From the IMG/VR virus record IMGVR_UViG_3300027759_000001: a stretch of 64,000 nt of DNA. The stretch is one strand, 5' to 3'. The notes below the pieces were generated by a model. It was given only the letters and a program-made list of their open reading frames with translations, made no database searches and had not been told where the DNA came from. The translations under genes and the position numbers were made by a program. Origin of the DNA: a virus. Its lineage: Duplodnaviria > Caudoviricetes. Positions 20,931 to 30,253 of the stretch are shown here, in pieces (position 1 is the stretch's first letter; every line of letters starts with the position of its first letter).

Positions 20931-22049
20931 ATGGAAAATAATAATAGTGTATGTTATGTTGGTTTGATCGGTGAGATTATACCAATAGAAGGTGCGGATA
21001 ACATTGAACTTGCATTGGTTGGTGGTTGGCAAGCCATCACCAAGAAAGGTGAATACCAAGTTGGTGATATGGTTGTCGTTGCAACCACTGATGCGGTTAT
21101 ACCACAAAAACTTTCTGATGACTTAGGTGTTACAAGTTATCTTCGTAAAGGTCAGAGAGTAAGAACTATAAAACTTCGTAAGGTTTATTCTGAATGTTTA
21201 ATAATACCAATAGGGTTTGTTCCGGAAAAATATAGATATGATGGTTCTGACTGCATGGAGTTACTTGAAGTGTTTAAATACGAACCACCAGTTAAGATGG
21301 TTCAGTTAAGTGGAGGTAGAAAATTTAAATACCACCAAAACCCTAACTTTCATGTTTACTACAAGTTTCCTAACTTAAAGAACGCACCTGAAATGTTTAA
21401 CGAGGAAGACATAGTTACTGTTACTCGTAAACTTCACGGAACAAATGCTCGTTATGGAATTGTTAGAAAGAAAAGATTTTCAATATTTGATAGAGTTAAA
21501 AAATTGTTTGGGGTTCAATGGGTAGGATATGAATACGTTTACGGATCTCATAATGTAGAAAAAGGTTCTGACTCTCAAGGGTTTTATGAAACTGATGTAT
21601 GGAGAGACACTTCTGAAAATTATCAAATCAAAGAAAAACTTTGGAAGTTTGTAAAAACATTTGGGTCTGAGGAATTTTTGGGTGATGGGTTAATCATCTA
21701 TGGTGAGATATATGGTCATGGGATCCAAAAAAATTACAATTACGGACTTGAAGATATAAAGTTTGCTGGTTTTGATATTGAATTAAATGGTAAATACTTA
21801 CCACACCACGATGAAAAAAACATCTTTGAAGGTTTGGACTTACCAAGAGTTGAAGTTCTTTATATGGGTCCATGGTCTAAAGATGAGCAAGACAAACACG
21901 TATTTAACAACATGATTAAAGGAACCAAAGTTCCACACGAAGGTGTTGTTGTTAAATCTGTTACTGGTGATAGACATAAAGTTGGTAAAGTTATCAATCC
22001 TGACTACTTGATCTATGGTGAAAAAAATAACGTAGGTGACTCCCATTAA
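20931..22049 (+). CDS. RNA ligase, DRB0094-like family
   Basis: N-terminal OB-like IEGADNIE; motif I TRKLHGTN; IYGEIYG, FAGFDI, HEGVVVK, KVINPDYL. Confidence 0.88.
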   Translation: MENNNSVCYVGLIGEIIPIEGADNIELALVGGWQAITKKGEYQVGDMVVVATTDAVIPQKLSDDLGVTSYLRKGQRVRTIKLRKVYSECLIIPIGFVPEKYRYDGSDCMELLEVFKYEPPVKMVQLSGGRKFKYHQNPNFHVYYKFPNLKNAPEMFNEEDIVTVTRKLHGTNARYGIVRKKRFSIFDRVKKLFGVQWVGYEYVYGSHNVEKGSDSQGFYETDVWRDTSENYQIKEKLWKFVKTFGSEEFLGDGLIIYGEIYGHGIQKNYNYGLEDIKFAGFDIELNGKYLPHHDEKNIFEGLDLPRVEVLYMGPWSKDEQDKHVFNNMIKGTKVPHEGVVVKSVTGDRHKVGKVINPDYLIYGEKNNVGDSH

Positions 22050-22071
22050 CTTGATGGGGTCACTTTTTTTT
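22036..22071 (+). terminator. intrinsic terminator
   Basis: GTGACTCCCA...TGGGGTCAC + T8. Confidence 0.85.
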
Positions 22072-22087
22072 ATTATTATTAAATAAC

Positions 22088-22297
22088 ATGGAACAAAAAT
22101 TAAATGTATTTTCATTTCTATCAAAGAATATTTTATTTTACGCAATTATTTTATTGATAGAGAATGATTACAATCCACTTAATTGGTGGATATTAAGTGG
22201 GTTCTTTCAGATTGTAATAACAATAGTTTTTGAGTTATATATACTTGGAACATCATTAGAAGAAAAAAATATAGAAAATGGGTATAAAGAAAATTAA
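22088..22297 (+). CDS. small membrane protein
   Basis: Two hydrophobic segments. Confidence 0.65.
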   Translation: MEQKLNVFSFLSKNILFYAIILLIENDYNPLNWWILSGFFQIVITIVFELYILGTSLEEKNIENGYKEN

Positions 22298-23246
22298 AAA
22301 AGAAAACAATTCAATTAACATTAGTTTAGTTGATTTAATGGGTAAATTAGATAATAGTGAGACTAAAAAGTATACACAATTTTTAGTTAAAATACTTAAA
22401 AAAAACTTTGATAATGAACAGGATTTCTTGGTAAGAGATTCTTCACATAGGGAAAGAAAGATTGATCAAGTTTTAAATACTAGTACGTTTGATGGTTGGA
22501 TTACAAGAAAAATACTTACTAATTTATATGGTTGGGATGAAGTTGATTCATTTATTAATTTTTGTGAATTTATGGAAAGAGGATTAATTAATGAAAAAGA
22601 CATTAGTAAATACGATAGTTGGGAAATGGTTACAAGTGAAGTATTCCAAGCTAAAAATCGTAATTTATTTAAAATGGCTAAAAAAGAAGTTAAAGTTGTT
22701 TACGAAGATGATCAATATATGTGTATTAAACCATTAACTTATGCGGCATCTGTTTCATATGGTTATCAAACTAGATGGTGTACTGCTTCAGTTCAGGAAC
22801 CTAGTTATTTCTACAATCACTCAAAAGACGGCGTACTTGTATATTTAATTGATAAAATCAATAATGTGAAATTTGGGTTTTACCATAATAGTTATCAAAT
22901 TCAAATATACAATCAAAAAGACGATAGAGTAGATTCAATGGAGACAGGTATTCCGGTAGAATTATTACATAAGTTGATTGGTGAAATGAAATCTGAAGCT
23001 AAAGATAAAAATTTTAATTATAAGTTATTTGGTGAAAGTGAATTGGAAAACATGAAAAAATATAGAGGTAATGATACTATGGTGGAACCAGTTCCAATGG
23101 ATGAAATGTTAATGGAGGAAGAACCAATACGTTATGAAAATGAAATAATGGAGCAAAGTGTGTCGGAAATGTTAAATAATTTACAAGAAAGAGTTCGCAG
23201 ATTAAGACCTACAAATCCACTTGAGATTGGTGATGACTTACCATAA
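22278..23246 (+). CDS. hypothetical protein, PcfJ-like WC motif
   Basis: PLTYAASVSYGYQTRWCTAS. Confidence 0.7.
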   Translation: MGIKKIKKENNSINISLVDLMGKLDNSETKKYTQFLVKILKKNFDNEQDFLVRDSSHRERKIDQVLNTSTFDGWITRKILTNLYGWDEVDSFINFCEFMERGLINEKDISKYDSWEMVTSEVFQAKNRNLFKMAKKEVKVVYEDDQYMCIKPLTYAASVSYGYQTRWCTASVQEPSYFYNHSKDGVLVYLIDKINNVKFGFYHNSYQIQIYNQKDDRVDSMETGIPVELLHKLIGEMKSEAKDKNFNYKLFGESELENMKKYRGNDTMVEPVPMDEMLMEEEPIRYENEIMEQSVSEMLNNLQERVRRLRPTNPLEIGDDLP

Positions 23247-23263
23247 TTTTAAAAAATTATAAT

Positions 23264-23548
23264 ATGGATGATTTAAGTAAAAACATTAAAAAAATGTATT
23301 TGAGAATAAATGGTGAAATAACTGACCATGAAATGTCACCTCCTCCATCAAAAAAAGTTAAAACTTTTACTCTTGATGAGGATCAGGTTAAAAAATTGGA
23401 GGAGTGGCAATCACACATAAAAGCGATATATGGTCAATATGGTGATTATGAGTATAGATTCTCAAGTAATGGAATTGGTCAAATTGTTACGGTATATAGT
23501 GAATTGGCTGACATTGAATTAGATCTAACTGATGTTAGTAGTTGGTAA
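23264..23548 (+). CDS. hypothetical protein
   Basis: ORF. Confidence 0.7.
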   Translation: MDDLSKNIKKMYLRINGEITDHEMSPPPSKKVKTFTLDEDQVKKLEEWQSHIKAIYGQYGDYEYRFSSNGIGQIVTVYSELADIELDLTDVSSW

Positions 23549-23566
23549 AAACAAATTATACGGAAG

Positions 23567-23596
23567 AACCCTCAGTAGAAATATTGGGGGTTTTTT
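23567..23596 (+). terminator. intrinsic terminator
   Basis: AACCCTCA...TGGGGGTT + T run. Confidence 0.75.
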
Positions 23597-23628
23597 ACTT
23601 TATGAAGTATTTATATTAAAAACCATTC

Positions 23629-24768
23629 ATGGAAGATAAAAAAATTATTATTGAAGAATTAAGTAGGATTAAAAATCTTATGGTTTATGATAGATCTAAA
23701 ACATTAAATGAAAATATTAATGAAGGTTTGTTTGACACTTCGGATGGTAAGATAGCGAGATGGTTATTACCTTCAGGTGATATCATTACCGGAGATAAAA
23801 TAAAAGGGATGATACCTACAGGGGCGGAACAGTTAAATGCTAAAAATGCGGAAAAAGCGATTGATATTGCTAGTGGGTTGAAAACCGCTTCCTCTCTTTT
23901 TGGTGGTGGAGGAGCAACTGCTGCGGCAACAGGTGCTGCTGAGGTTGGAGCTGGTGCCCTTGAGGTTGGAGGCATTACGTATAGTGCTGGTGCGGTTGGT
24001 GCTGGTGCGGTTGGTGCTGGTGCGGTTGGTGCTGAGGGTGCTGCAGCGGCTACTTTTTTAGGTTTAGGACCTGTTGGTTGGATAGTAATCGGTGTTGCAG
24101 GTCTTGCGGCTTTAGGTTATTGGGCGGCAACAAAGGATGATAAAATGGGTATGATTGAAAATTTATTTGGAATTTGTAAATCAAGTAAAGAAAAGGATAA
24201 GTGGAAAAGATATATGAGTGATGAGGAGGTTAGAAAAAATTCAGGTATATTATACCATGCTATGGAAGGTTGGGGTACAGATGAGGATGCAATTTATAAT
24301 GTATTTAAATTGTTTAAAAGTCCTGGTGATTTTTGTGCGGTAAGTGAAAAATATGAAAGTACATTTGACGAATCATTATTAGATGCTTTAGATGGTGACT
24401 TTGATTATGGTTGGGAACCAATTGCAAAATCTTTAGTTGATATGACTAAAAACTATGCTCAAACTGAGGCTGAAGATTATTGTAAAAATAACGTTAAAGA
24501 ATGTGCGGACAAATTAAAATTGTATTGTGAAAAAACGCCTGACGATCCTAAATGTAAAGTTTTGAAAACTAATGTTGTTGACTTTAAAAATTGTAATGGT
24601 GAATACTATAAAGGATGTAAGGGACCAAAAATAGTACAAATACAAAAATGTTTAGGTTTAACTGCCGATGGTAAATTTGGTGAAGAAACAGAAAAAGCGT
24701 TGGAGGAGAAAACAAAAAGTAAAACATTCAAAGACGTAGATGTTAAAACAATATGTGATAAAAAATAA
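23629..24768 (+). CDS. leader + Gly/Ala zipper TM + annexin-like repeat + PG-binding-like domain
   Basis: LYHAMEGWGTDEDAIYNVF; IVQIQKCLGLTADGKFGEETEKAL. Confidence 0.85.
   Translation: MEDKKIIIEELSRIKNLMVYDRSKTLNENINEGLFDTSDGKIARWLLPSGDIITGDKIKGMIPTGAEQLNAKNAEKAIDIASGLKTASSLFGGGGATAAATGAAEVGAGALEVGGITYSAGAVGAGAVGAGAVGAEGAAAATFLGLGPVGWIVIGVAGLAALGYWAATKDDKMGMIENLFGICKSSKEKDKWKRYMSDEEVRKNSGILYHAMEGWGTDEDAIYNVFKLFKSPGDFCAVSEKYESTFDESLLDALDGDFDYGWEPIAKSLVDMTKNYAQTEAEDYCKNNVKECADKLKLYCEKTPDDPKCKVLKTNVVDFKNCNGEYYKGCKGPKIVQIQKCLGLTADGKFGEETEKALEEKTKSKTFKDVDVKTICDKK
23986..24030 (+). repeat. 3 x 15-bp tandem repeat (AGAVG)
   Basis: GCTGGTGCGGTTGGT x3. Confidence 0.95.
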
Positions 24769-24785
24769 AATATTAATACATTTTT

Positions 24786-24815
24786 AAACCCCATTTCTAA
24801 AGAGTGGGGTTTTTT
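24786..24815 (+). terminator. intrinsic terminator
   Basis: AAACCCCA...TGGGGTTT + T run. Confidence 0.85.
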
Positions 24816-24844
24816 ATTTAAAAAAAATTTACTATCTTTGTACT

Positions 24845-24952
24845 ATGGTAGGTTTTATACTTTTTTTAGTGATAATAATGGTATCGTTTTTTATTAGGAA
24901 AGTCAATAAAGATAAGGATCATCCATTCAATAAATTCTTTAATGATAGGTAA
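24845..24952 (+). CDS. 35-aa membrane peptide
   Basis: MVGFILFLVIIMVSFFIRK..., follows promoter 24833. Confidence 0.55.
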   Translation: MVGFILFLVIIMVSFFIRKVNKDKDHPFNKFFNDR

Positions 24953-25217
24953 AAATAAAATATTAGTTATTTTAAATTTTTTGGACACACATTATGGTGA
25001 CTTAGTGTGTAGCCCAAAAAATCTTTGTTACCATAAAGAAGGTGAGATTTATTTTAGATTTAATTTAAAAGATGAGGTTATCTTTTTAGAGTATAAAAAT
25101 TTTATCCAACCAATATGTAAAGCGTTAAACATAAAAGAGGATATGTTAAATGATCTTTATGAGGTAATTAAAGAATGGATTGAATATGTTTTTAAAATTA
25201 AAGGAACAATAATGTAA
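24942..25217 (+). CDS. hypothetical protein
   Basis: ORF. Confidence 0.7.
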   Translation: MIGKNKILVILNFLDTHYGDLVCSPKNLCYHKEGEIYFRFNLKDEVIFLEYKNFIQPICKALNIKEDMLNDLYEVIKEWIEYVFKIKGTIM

Positions 25218-25219
25218 TT

Positions 25220-25804
25220 ATGAAAGTAATATTTTTAGATAACGATGGTGTAATTTGTCTATCCAATAATTGGGGTGGACGAACAAAGAAATGGTCAAAA
25301 TACCGAAGTGCAAATCCTGATTTAAGTGGTGAAAAAAAAGATGCTCCGGTATCTGTACGATTTGATGACTTTGATAAAAAGGCAATTAAAATCCTTAATG
25401 AGATACTTGAAGAAACGGGATGTGAAATTGTTGTAAGTTCTGATTGGAAATTACATGCAACTCTTGAAGAACTTGGTGACTATTACGAGAGTCAGGGGAT
25501 CATCAAACGACCAATTGCTTTGACGCCAAACATACAAAATTGTACGGTTCATGGTAATGTTTTTATATGGTCACGACAATGGGATTTAGAACAAGTCCGA
25601 ACTATTGAAATTAGACAATATCTACACGATCATCCTGAGGTTACACATTGGGTTTCTGTTGATGATTTGAATATGGGTAAAATTGGTGAACCTTGGAAAG
25701 ATGTTTGGGCAATTGACAATTTTGTTTTAACTCCAAAATCAAATGAGGGGATTAAACAATTAAGTATTAAAGAAAAGATATTAAATTTTTTAAAAGATGA
25801 CTAA
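25220..25804 (+). CDS. HAD-family phosphatase (HAD_SAK_2, RNA-repair type)
   Basis: IFLDNDGV, IVVSSDW, WVSVDD. Confidence 0.85.
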   Translation: MKVIFLDNDGVICLSNNWGGRTKKWSKYRSANPDLSGEKKDAPVSVRFDDFDKKAIKILNEILEETGCEIVVSSDWKLHATLEELGDYYESQGIIKRPIALTPNIQNCTVHGNVFIWSRQWDLEQVRTIEIRQYLHDHPEVTHWVSVDDLNMGKIGEPWKDVWAIDNFVLTPKSNEGIKQLSIKEKILNFLKDD

Positions 25805-26180
25805 AGAAGAAATGAATGGGTTTTTGGAATCCATTGGGGGATTAGAAAATGGATTTTACACGGATAGGGACCCTATTAAGGACTCTGGATTCTTTGAATG
25901 TGGGAATGGTTGGTTTCCATTAATTAAGGATCTAATAACCGATCTAATAGAGTTAGGTTGGGACAAACAAACTTGCCAGGTCAAAGAAAAGTTTGGTGCG
26001 TTAAGATTTTACATCAATACTGGATCTGATGAAATTTTTAAAAAAATACACTCATATGAAAATAAAAGTTATGAGATTTGTGAGACCTGTGGAGAAAAAG
26101 GGGAGTTAAGACTTGTAGGTTGGTATAAAACATTATGTAATAAACACCATGAAGAACATAAATCAAATATTCAAGAATAA
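25797..26180 (+). CDS. conserved phage protein with Zn ribbon
   Basis: GWFPLI...QVKEKFGALRFY...CETCG...C..H. Confidence 0.8.
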   Translation: MTKEEMNGFLESIGGLENGFYTDRDPIKDSGFFECGNGWFPLIKDLITDLIELGWDKQTCQVKEKFGALRFYINTGSDEIFKKIHSYENKSYEICETCGEKGELRLVGWYKTLCNKHHEEHKSNIQE

Positions 26181-26463
26181 TAAACATTTAATGGATGAAC
26201 CTGAAGTTATTGAACTTGTTGAATATACAAGAGAACTTGAGGAAATTGTACTCCAAAGAAAGATTGAGGATTCATATGATAAGGAACATATGTTAAGATC
26301 TATGTTATTAGATATATTAACAAGTTGTCGTGATATGGAAGACACAAATCAATTGTCCGAAAGATATCCTGATATGTATGAAAAATGTGATGCCGAATCT
26401 TTAGTTAAAAATTTAAAGATTTATATTATGGATATGAACTATAAAAATGATTTAAGAATATGA
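26149..26463 (+). CDS. hypothetical protein
   Basis: ORF. Confidence 0.75.
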   Translation: MKNINQIFKNNKHLMDEPEVIELVEYTRELEEIVLQRKIEDSYDKEHMLRSMLLDILTSCRDMEDTNQLSERYPDMYEKCDAESLVKNLKIYIMDMNYKNDLRI

Positions 26464-26771
26464 ACAAGATTAGTTTAAGTGAGAATTGTTTTGGTGTTGA
26501 TGTGGAGATAGATGACGAATCACTATTTATTCATGAGTATGATAATAGGAGTCCTGAGGTAATTAATGATTTACAGGATGAATTGATTGATAAGTTAAGA
26601 TTAATAAAAAATAAATTAAGTATGAATGAGTGGACTGAAATCCTTCAGTTAATTATTAGTCACGGGGATGAGTTTGAGTATGATGTTGAAAATTCAATGG
26701 ATTATGAATCTTGTGATCAGTGTGGTAATTGGAATCATAATCATATATATAACAAAAAGAAAAATGACTAG
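26460..26771 (+). CDS. hypothetical protein with C-terminal CxxC
   Basis: ORF. Confidence 0.7.
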   Translation: MNKISLSENCFGVDVEIDDESLFIHEYDNRSPEVINDLQDELIDKLRLIKNKLSMNEWTEILQLIISHGDEFEYDVENSMDYESCDQCGNWNHNHIYNKKKND

Positions 26772-27066
26772 AGTAAAATTATTTGTAATTGATGATAAAC
26801 CATATCTTGGATCTACCGAAGAGATATTTATTGGCGATGATGCTATTGTAACCGTAAATGGACAATACCCAATGATCGTTAAATGTGAAAATGAAATCGT
26901 ATTAAATTTGATAAAGGAGCCTAAATTAAGTTTAACACGAAGTTTTAAGATTCATGCTAAACCTGAAAAATTAAATTTAACTCCTGAAGACATTGATAGA
27001 ATATTATCTGTAGATGAAGGATTATGTGAGGTTGAAAATTTTGAAGGTAAGATTAGGTTTATTTAA
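26764..27066 (+). CDS. hypothetical protein
   Basis: Start placed at ATGA overlap. Confidence 0.65.
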   Translation: MTRVKLFVIDDKPYLGSTEEIFIGDDAIVTVNGQYPMIVKCENEIVLNLIKEPKLSLTRSFKIHAKPEKLNLTPEDIDRILSVDEGLCEVENFEGKIRFI

Positions 27067-27097
27067 AAATAATACATATCTTTGATAAAAATAAGAT

Positions 27098-27331
27098 ATG
27101 GTTAAAAAAGCTGAAATATTAAGTCAAGAGTTCAAGGTTACGTTTGCACAAGATGCTGACTGTCAAACAACTGAAGATCAGTTCTTAACAATCAAAACTG
27201 ATGATGGTGGTGGTGGTGACTTTTTTGTTATTGAAACAGAAAGATGGGCATTTGATTCCGTTGATGAGTTGATTGAGATATTCAATAAGTTCAAAGAGAA
27301 ACACGAAAAAATCAAAGAAGAAAAATTATGA
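27098..27331 (+). CDS. hypothetical protein
   Basis: ORF after promoter 27077. Confidence 0.75.
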   Translation: MVKKAEILSQEFKVTFAQDADCQTTEDQFLTIKTDDGGGGDFFVIETERWAFDSVDELIEIFNKFKEKHEKIKEEKL

Positions 27332-27573
27332 AAAAATTAATGTTTATTGTCTTACTGGGATTAACTTCCTGTAATATAAAAGAATATAGGTATGAGATTC
27401 GGGGTAAGGTTTACGTACCTACTTCAGGTATAAACCCAATGCACGATGCTATATGGTACACAGATACTATTAGTTTTGATGGTGATACGGCATATTACTT
27501 TAATAGTGATGGGTCTGAAGTAAGAATTTACCCACCATATGTTTTAAAAGATAATTCATTAAATAAGAAATAA
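27328..27573 (+). CDS. putative lipoprotein
   Basis: MKKLMFIVLLGLTSC lipobox. Confidence 0.75.
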   Translation: MKKLMFIVLLGLTSCNIKEYRYEIRGKVYVPTSGINPMHDAIWYTDTISFDGDTAYYFNSDGSEVRIYPPYVLKDNSLNKK

Positions 27574-27800
27574 TGGAAAAGAGAAGTACACATTACGGAG
27601 ACGTAGAGAAATGGGTGAGAAAGGTAATTGATTCCTGTGAGACCTATCAACAAATTTTTGGAGCAAAAAATTTAATTAAGAATTTTGAGGATCAAATGAG
27701 TCGTAATAAAGTTAACCCTAGTTTAATTTGGTCTGTTAGTTCTTCTTTAGGTTTTGAATTAACTTTAAAAAGAAATGAATTGTTAAAAAAACAAATGTAA
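27573..27800 (+). CDS. hypothetical protein
   Basis: ORF. Confidence 0.7.
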   Translation: MEKRSTHYGDVEKWVRKVIDSCETYQQIFGAKNLIKNFEDQMSRNKVNPSLIWSVSSSLGFELTLKRNELLKKQM

Positions 27801-27802
27801 AA

Positions 27803-27973
27803 ATGGAAAGTAAAAGTAGTAAAATTGCTGCAATAATTGGGATTATTATTGGTTGTATTATTGGATCTATGATTTCATATTCAATGTTAAAAGAACATAA
27901 AAAATGTGAGATTTTGGTTGAGGAAAATAAAATGTTAAGAGATATGTTATATGAGGAACAAAATCCTCAATAA
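27803..27973 (+). CDS. 56-aa membrane-anchored protein
   Basis: Hand translation MESKSSKIAAIIGIIIGCIIGSMISY... Confidence 0.65.
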   Translation: MESKSSKIAAIIGIIIGCIIGSMISYSMLKEHKKCEILVEENKMLRDMLYEEQNPQ

Positions 27974-28014
27974 TATTTGTATATTTGTAAAATATTATAT
28001 AAATAAACACAACA

Positions 28015-28623
28015 ATGATTGATAACATAGAAATTATAAAAACTTTATTGAATTTTTCTGAACAAGGAGATTTCTATATGTTGTATGTATTCAAACGTAA
28101 GAAAGATCAACCTGAAGGTGAGAGAGACAATCACCAATCTGTAAGGACTATTAAAACTTATTGTATTGAATCTATTGACCATTTGGAACGTAGATATGAT
28201 GAGATCAAACAACTATGTGAGATGTTTAAGGCGAGGGCGTATATTCACGTACAAAAACAAAATCATAAGGATGTTTCGTTAAATATGTTATCGTCACTTG
28301 CTGAACGTATCAGGGATGGTGTATCCAACCAGAAAGGGTTGTTTGATTCTGTTGTTGGGCAAATTAAAACTCAAGAGAAGATATGGATTGTTGACATTGA
28401 CACTAAGGATATTCAAGAATTAAGAAATGTTCAAGTGACTATTAATGGATGTAAACCTGAAGGACCTAAAACTAAATACGTTATTCCAACTAAAAATGGA
28501 TTCCATTTAATAACCGATAAGTTTGATGTTTTAGAATTTAAGAAACAATATCCTGAGATTGATATTCAAAAGAAGAACCCAACATTATTATATTTACCAA
28601 ACAGTTTAGAAGATGGATTATAA
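28015..28623 (+). CDS. AEP (prim-pol)-like fold protein
   Basis: RAYI, WIVDID, IPTKNGFHLIT, NPTLLY. Confidence 0.6.
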   Translation: MIDNIEIIKTLLNFSEQGDFYMLYVFKRKKDQPEGERDNHQSVRTIKTYCIESIDHLERRYDEIKQLCEMFKARAYIHVQKQNHKDVSLNMLSSLAERIRDGVSNQKGLFDSVVGQIKTQEKIWIVDIDTKDIQELRNVQVTINGCKPEGPKTKYVIPTKNGFHLITDKFDVLEFKKQYPEIDIQKKNPTLLYLPNSLEDGL

Positions 28624-29683
28624 GGAATTAAAACGAAAAGAATTTTTATTTGAGATTATTAATGATACCATTGATGGTATGGATATATATAATCATAATG
28701 AATCTCTTTGGTTAATTAAAACTGAAGAATCAAAATGGGCAATTGAATTTACCAAAGATAAAACATTGTGGTATAACTACAATTTATTTAAAAATTTATT
28801 TAAGGCAATTTCTTTAGATATTTCGGAAAATCAAAAATATGTAACTGAATGGTTTGAGTCAAGATTTTTGAATATGTCAAAGGTTAAAGATTGTTGTGAT
28901 CCATTTTTTGATCAAGATAAATATGTTGAAGAAACAATTCAAAGTGGGGTGAAGATTAGCGTATTTGATGATTTTGAAGAGATCCAATCTGTTAAAGACA
29001 CCATTCAAAATGGGGTTAAACAAACCGATTTTTCCATCCGATTGAATAATACTAGTATTGAAGATACCATTCAAAATGGTGTGAGACACACCGGATATGC
29101 GGGCGTTCGTATTCCATCAAAAGTTGAAGATGCTATTCAAAATGGGGTGAAACACACCCATGCGCAACGGTTCCATGAGTTCGTTGGAGTTGAAGATACC
29201 ATTCAAAATGGGGTGAAACACACCAAAGCCGATCTTGGTATTCAATCAATTATGCTTGAAGACACAATTCAAAATGGGGTGAAAGAAACCAAATTAAAAA
29301 GTGGTAAACAAACTGGTAAAGTTGAGGACACAATTCAAAATGGTGTTAAACATACCGAAGATGGTGATTGGTTAGATGGTGATGAAAGAATAGGAGATAT
29401 TATTCAAGAAGGTGTAAAGGAGACTATTCCCACACTACGACGTACTCTTCTTGGGGTTGATGATATTGTTCAAAATGGTGTTAAAGAAACCCATGAAGAT
29501 ACGTATCACCATAAAGGTAGAATCGGTGGTGTGATTAAAAAATTTATAACGATGATTAATAAAATGTTTTATCGGTTTAACAAATGGTTTGAAATAAACT
29601 TAGGTTGGTTCTTTGTTAATGGTAGGAAACAAGAAGTTTGGCATAAATACTTAAAAAAAAAATATAAAAATGGAGATAGATAA
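28613..29683 (+). CDS. protein with 9 interspaced VEDTIQNGVKHT repeats and variable 10-aa loops
   Basis: 356-aa ORF reading through the array without stops. Confidence 0.9.
   Translation: MDYKELKRKEFLFEIINDTIDGMDIYNHNESLWLIKTEESKWAIEFTKDKTLWYNYNLFKNLFKAISLDISENQKYVTEWFESRFLNMSKVKDCCDPFFDQDKYVEETIQSGVKISVFDDFEEIQSVKDTIQNGVKQTDFSIRLNNTSIEDTIQNGVRHTGYAGVRIPSKVEDAIQNGVKHTHAQRFHEFVGVEDTIQNGVKHTKADLGIQSIMLEDTIQNGVKETKLKSGKQTGKVEDTIQNGVKHTEDGDWLDGDERIGDIIQEGVKETIPTLRRTLLGVDDIVQNGVKETHEDTYHHKGRIGGVIKKFITMINKMFYRFNKWFEINLGWFFVNGRKQEVWHKYLKKKYKNGDR
28895..29521 (-). CRISPR. CRISPR-like (class 2 geometry) degenerate array embedded in a CDS; no cas genes in window
   Basis: 36-nt repeats, unique 30-nt spacers (one 33), internal palindrome ACCATT-CAA-AATGGT, GTTG/CA(C/A)C ends; strand inferred from similarity to VI-B/II-A repeats. 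Confidence 0.45.
28925..29491 (+). repeat. interspaced 36-nt repeats, 66-nt period
   Basis: Repeat starts 28925, 28991, 29057, 29123, 29189, 29255, 29321, 29390, 29456; consensus GTTGAAGATACCATTCAAAATGGGGTGAAACACACC. Confidence 0.97.
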
Positions 29684-29930
29684 ATTTGAACAGGCAAAAA
29701 AAGTTAAAGAAGATATTGATAGATTGGAAAGACAGAAGTATAAATTAGAATCTGTACTTAAATCCTGTAGTTTAGGTGTTACAATTGGGTTTACTCATTC
29801 AGGAGCATTTAATAGAAAAGATGAGGTAAGTGTTTATAATGGAATCCTTATCAAAGAAATGGTAACTAAAGAACTTGAAAGATTGGAAGAAGAAATTAAG
29901 TTAGTCAAAAAAGAATTTGAATTAATATAA
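29670..29930 (+). CDS. hypothetical protein
   Basis: ORF. Confidence 0.75.
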   Translation: MEIDKFEQAKKVKEDIDRLERQKYKLESVLKSCSLGVTIGFTHSGAFNRKDEVSVYNGILIKEMVTKELERLEEEIKLVKKEFELI

Positions 29931-30238
29931 TGGAAATAGATAAACTACATCAATTATGTAAGTATGTTTACGATTCTTCTGTTATGAGTTATAATGGTAA
30001 AACTAATCCTACCAAACAGATCAATAAAATTAAAGAAATGATCAGAACTTACATTAGGAATGAAGTAACACCTTGTGAACTAACGGATCAGGAAAAAATG
30101 TCATATATATTGGATAATGAAATGATTATTACTTCTGCGGTTATGAAAGGACATCAAGCTAGTGATGGTGATGAATTTCAGGATACAAGAGTTAAAATAA
30201 AACAATACAGAATAGAATTAGGTATAATAAAAAAATAA
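29930..30238 (+). CDS. hypothetical protein
   Basis: ORF. Confidence 0.75.
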   Translation: MEIDKLHQLCKYVYDSSVMSYNGKTNPTKQINKIKEMIRTYIRNEVTPCELTDQEKMSYILDNEMIITSAVMKGHQASDGDEFQDTRVKIKQYRIELGIIKK

Positions 30239-30253
30239 TACTATATTTGCAAT

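Noticed and set aside
28895-29521. Calling this a canonical active CRISPR-Cas locus
   Set aside because: No cas genes or AT-rich leader, repeats diverge mainly at synonymous sites, and no antisense TAnnTTTG promoter was spotted nearby; kept only as CRISPR-like.
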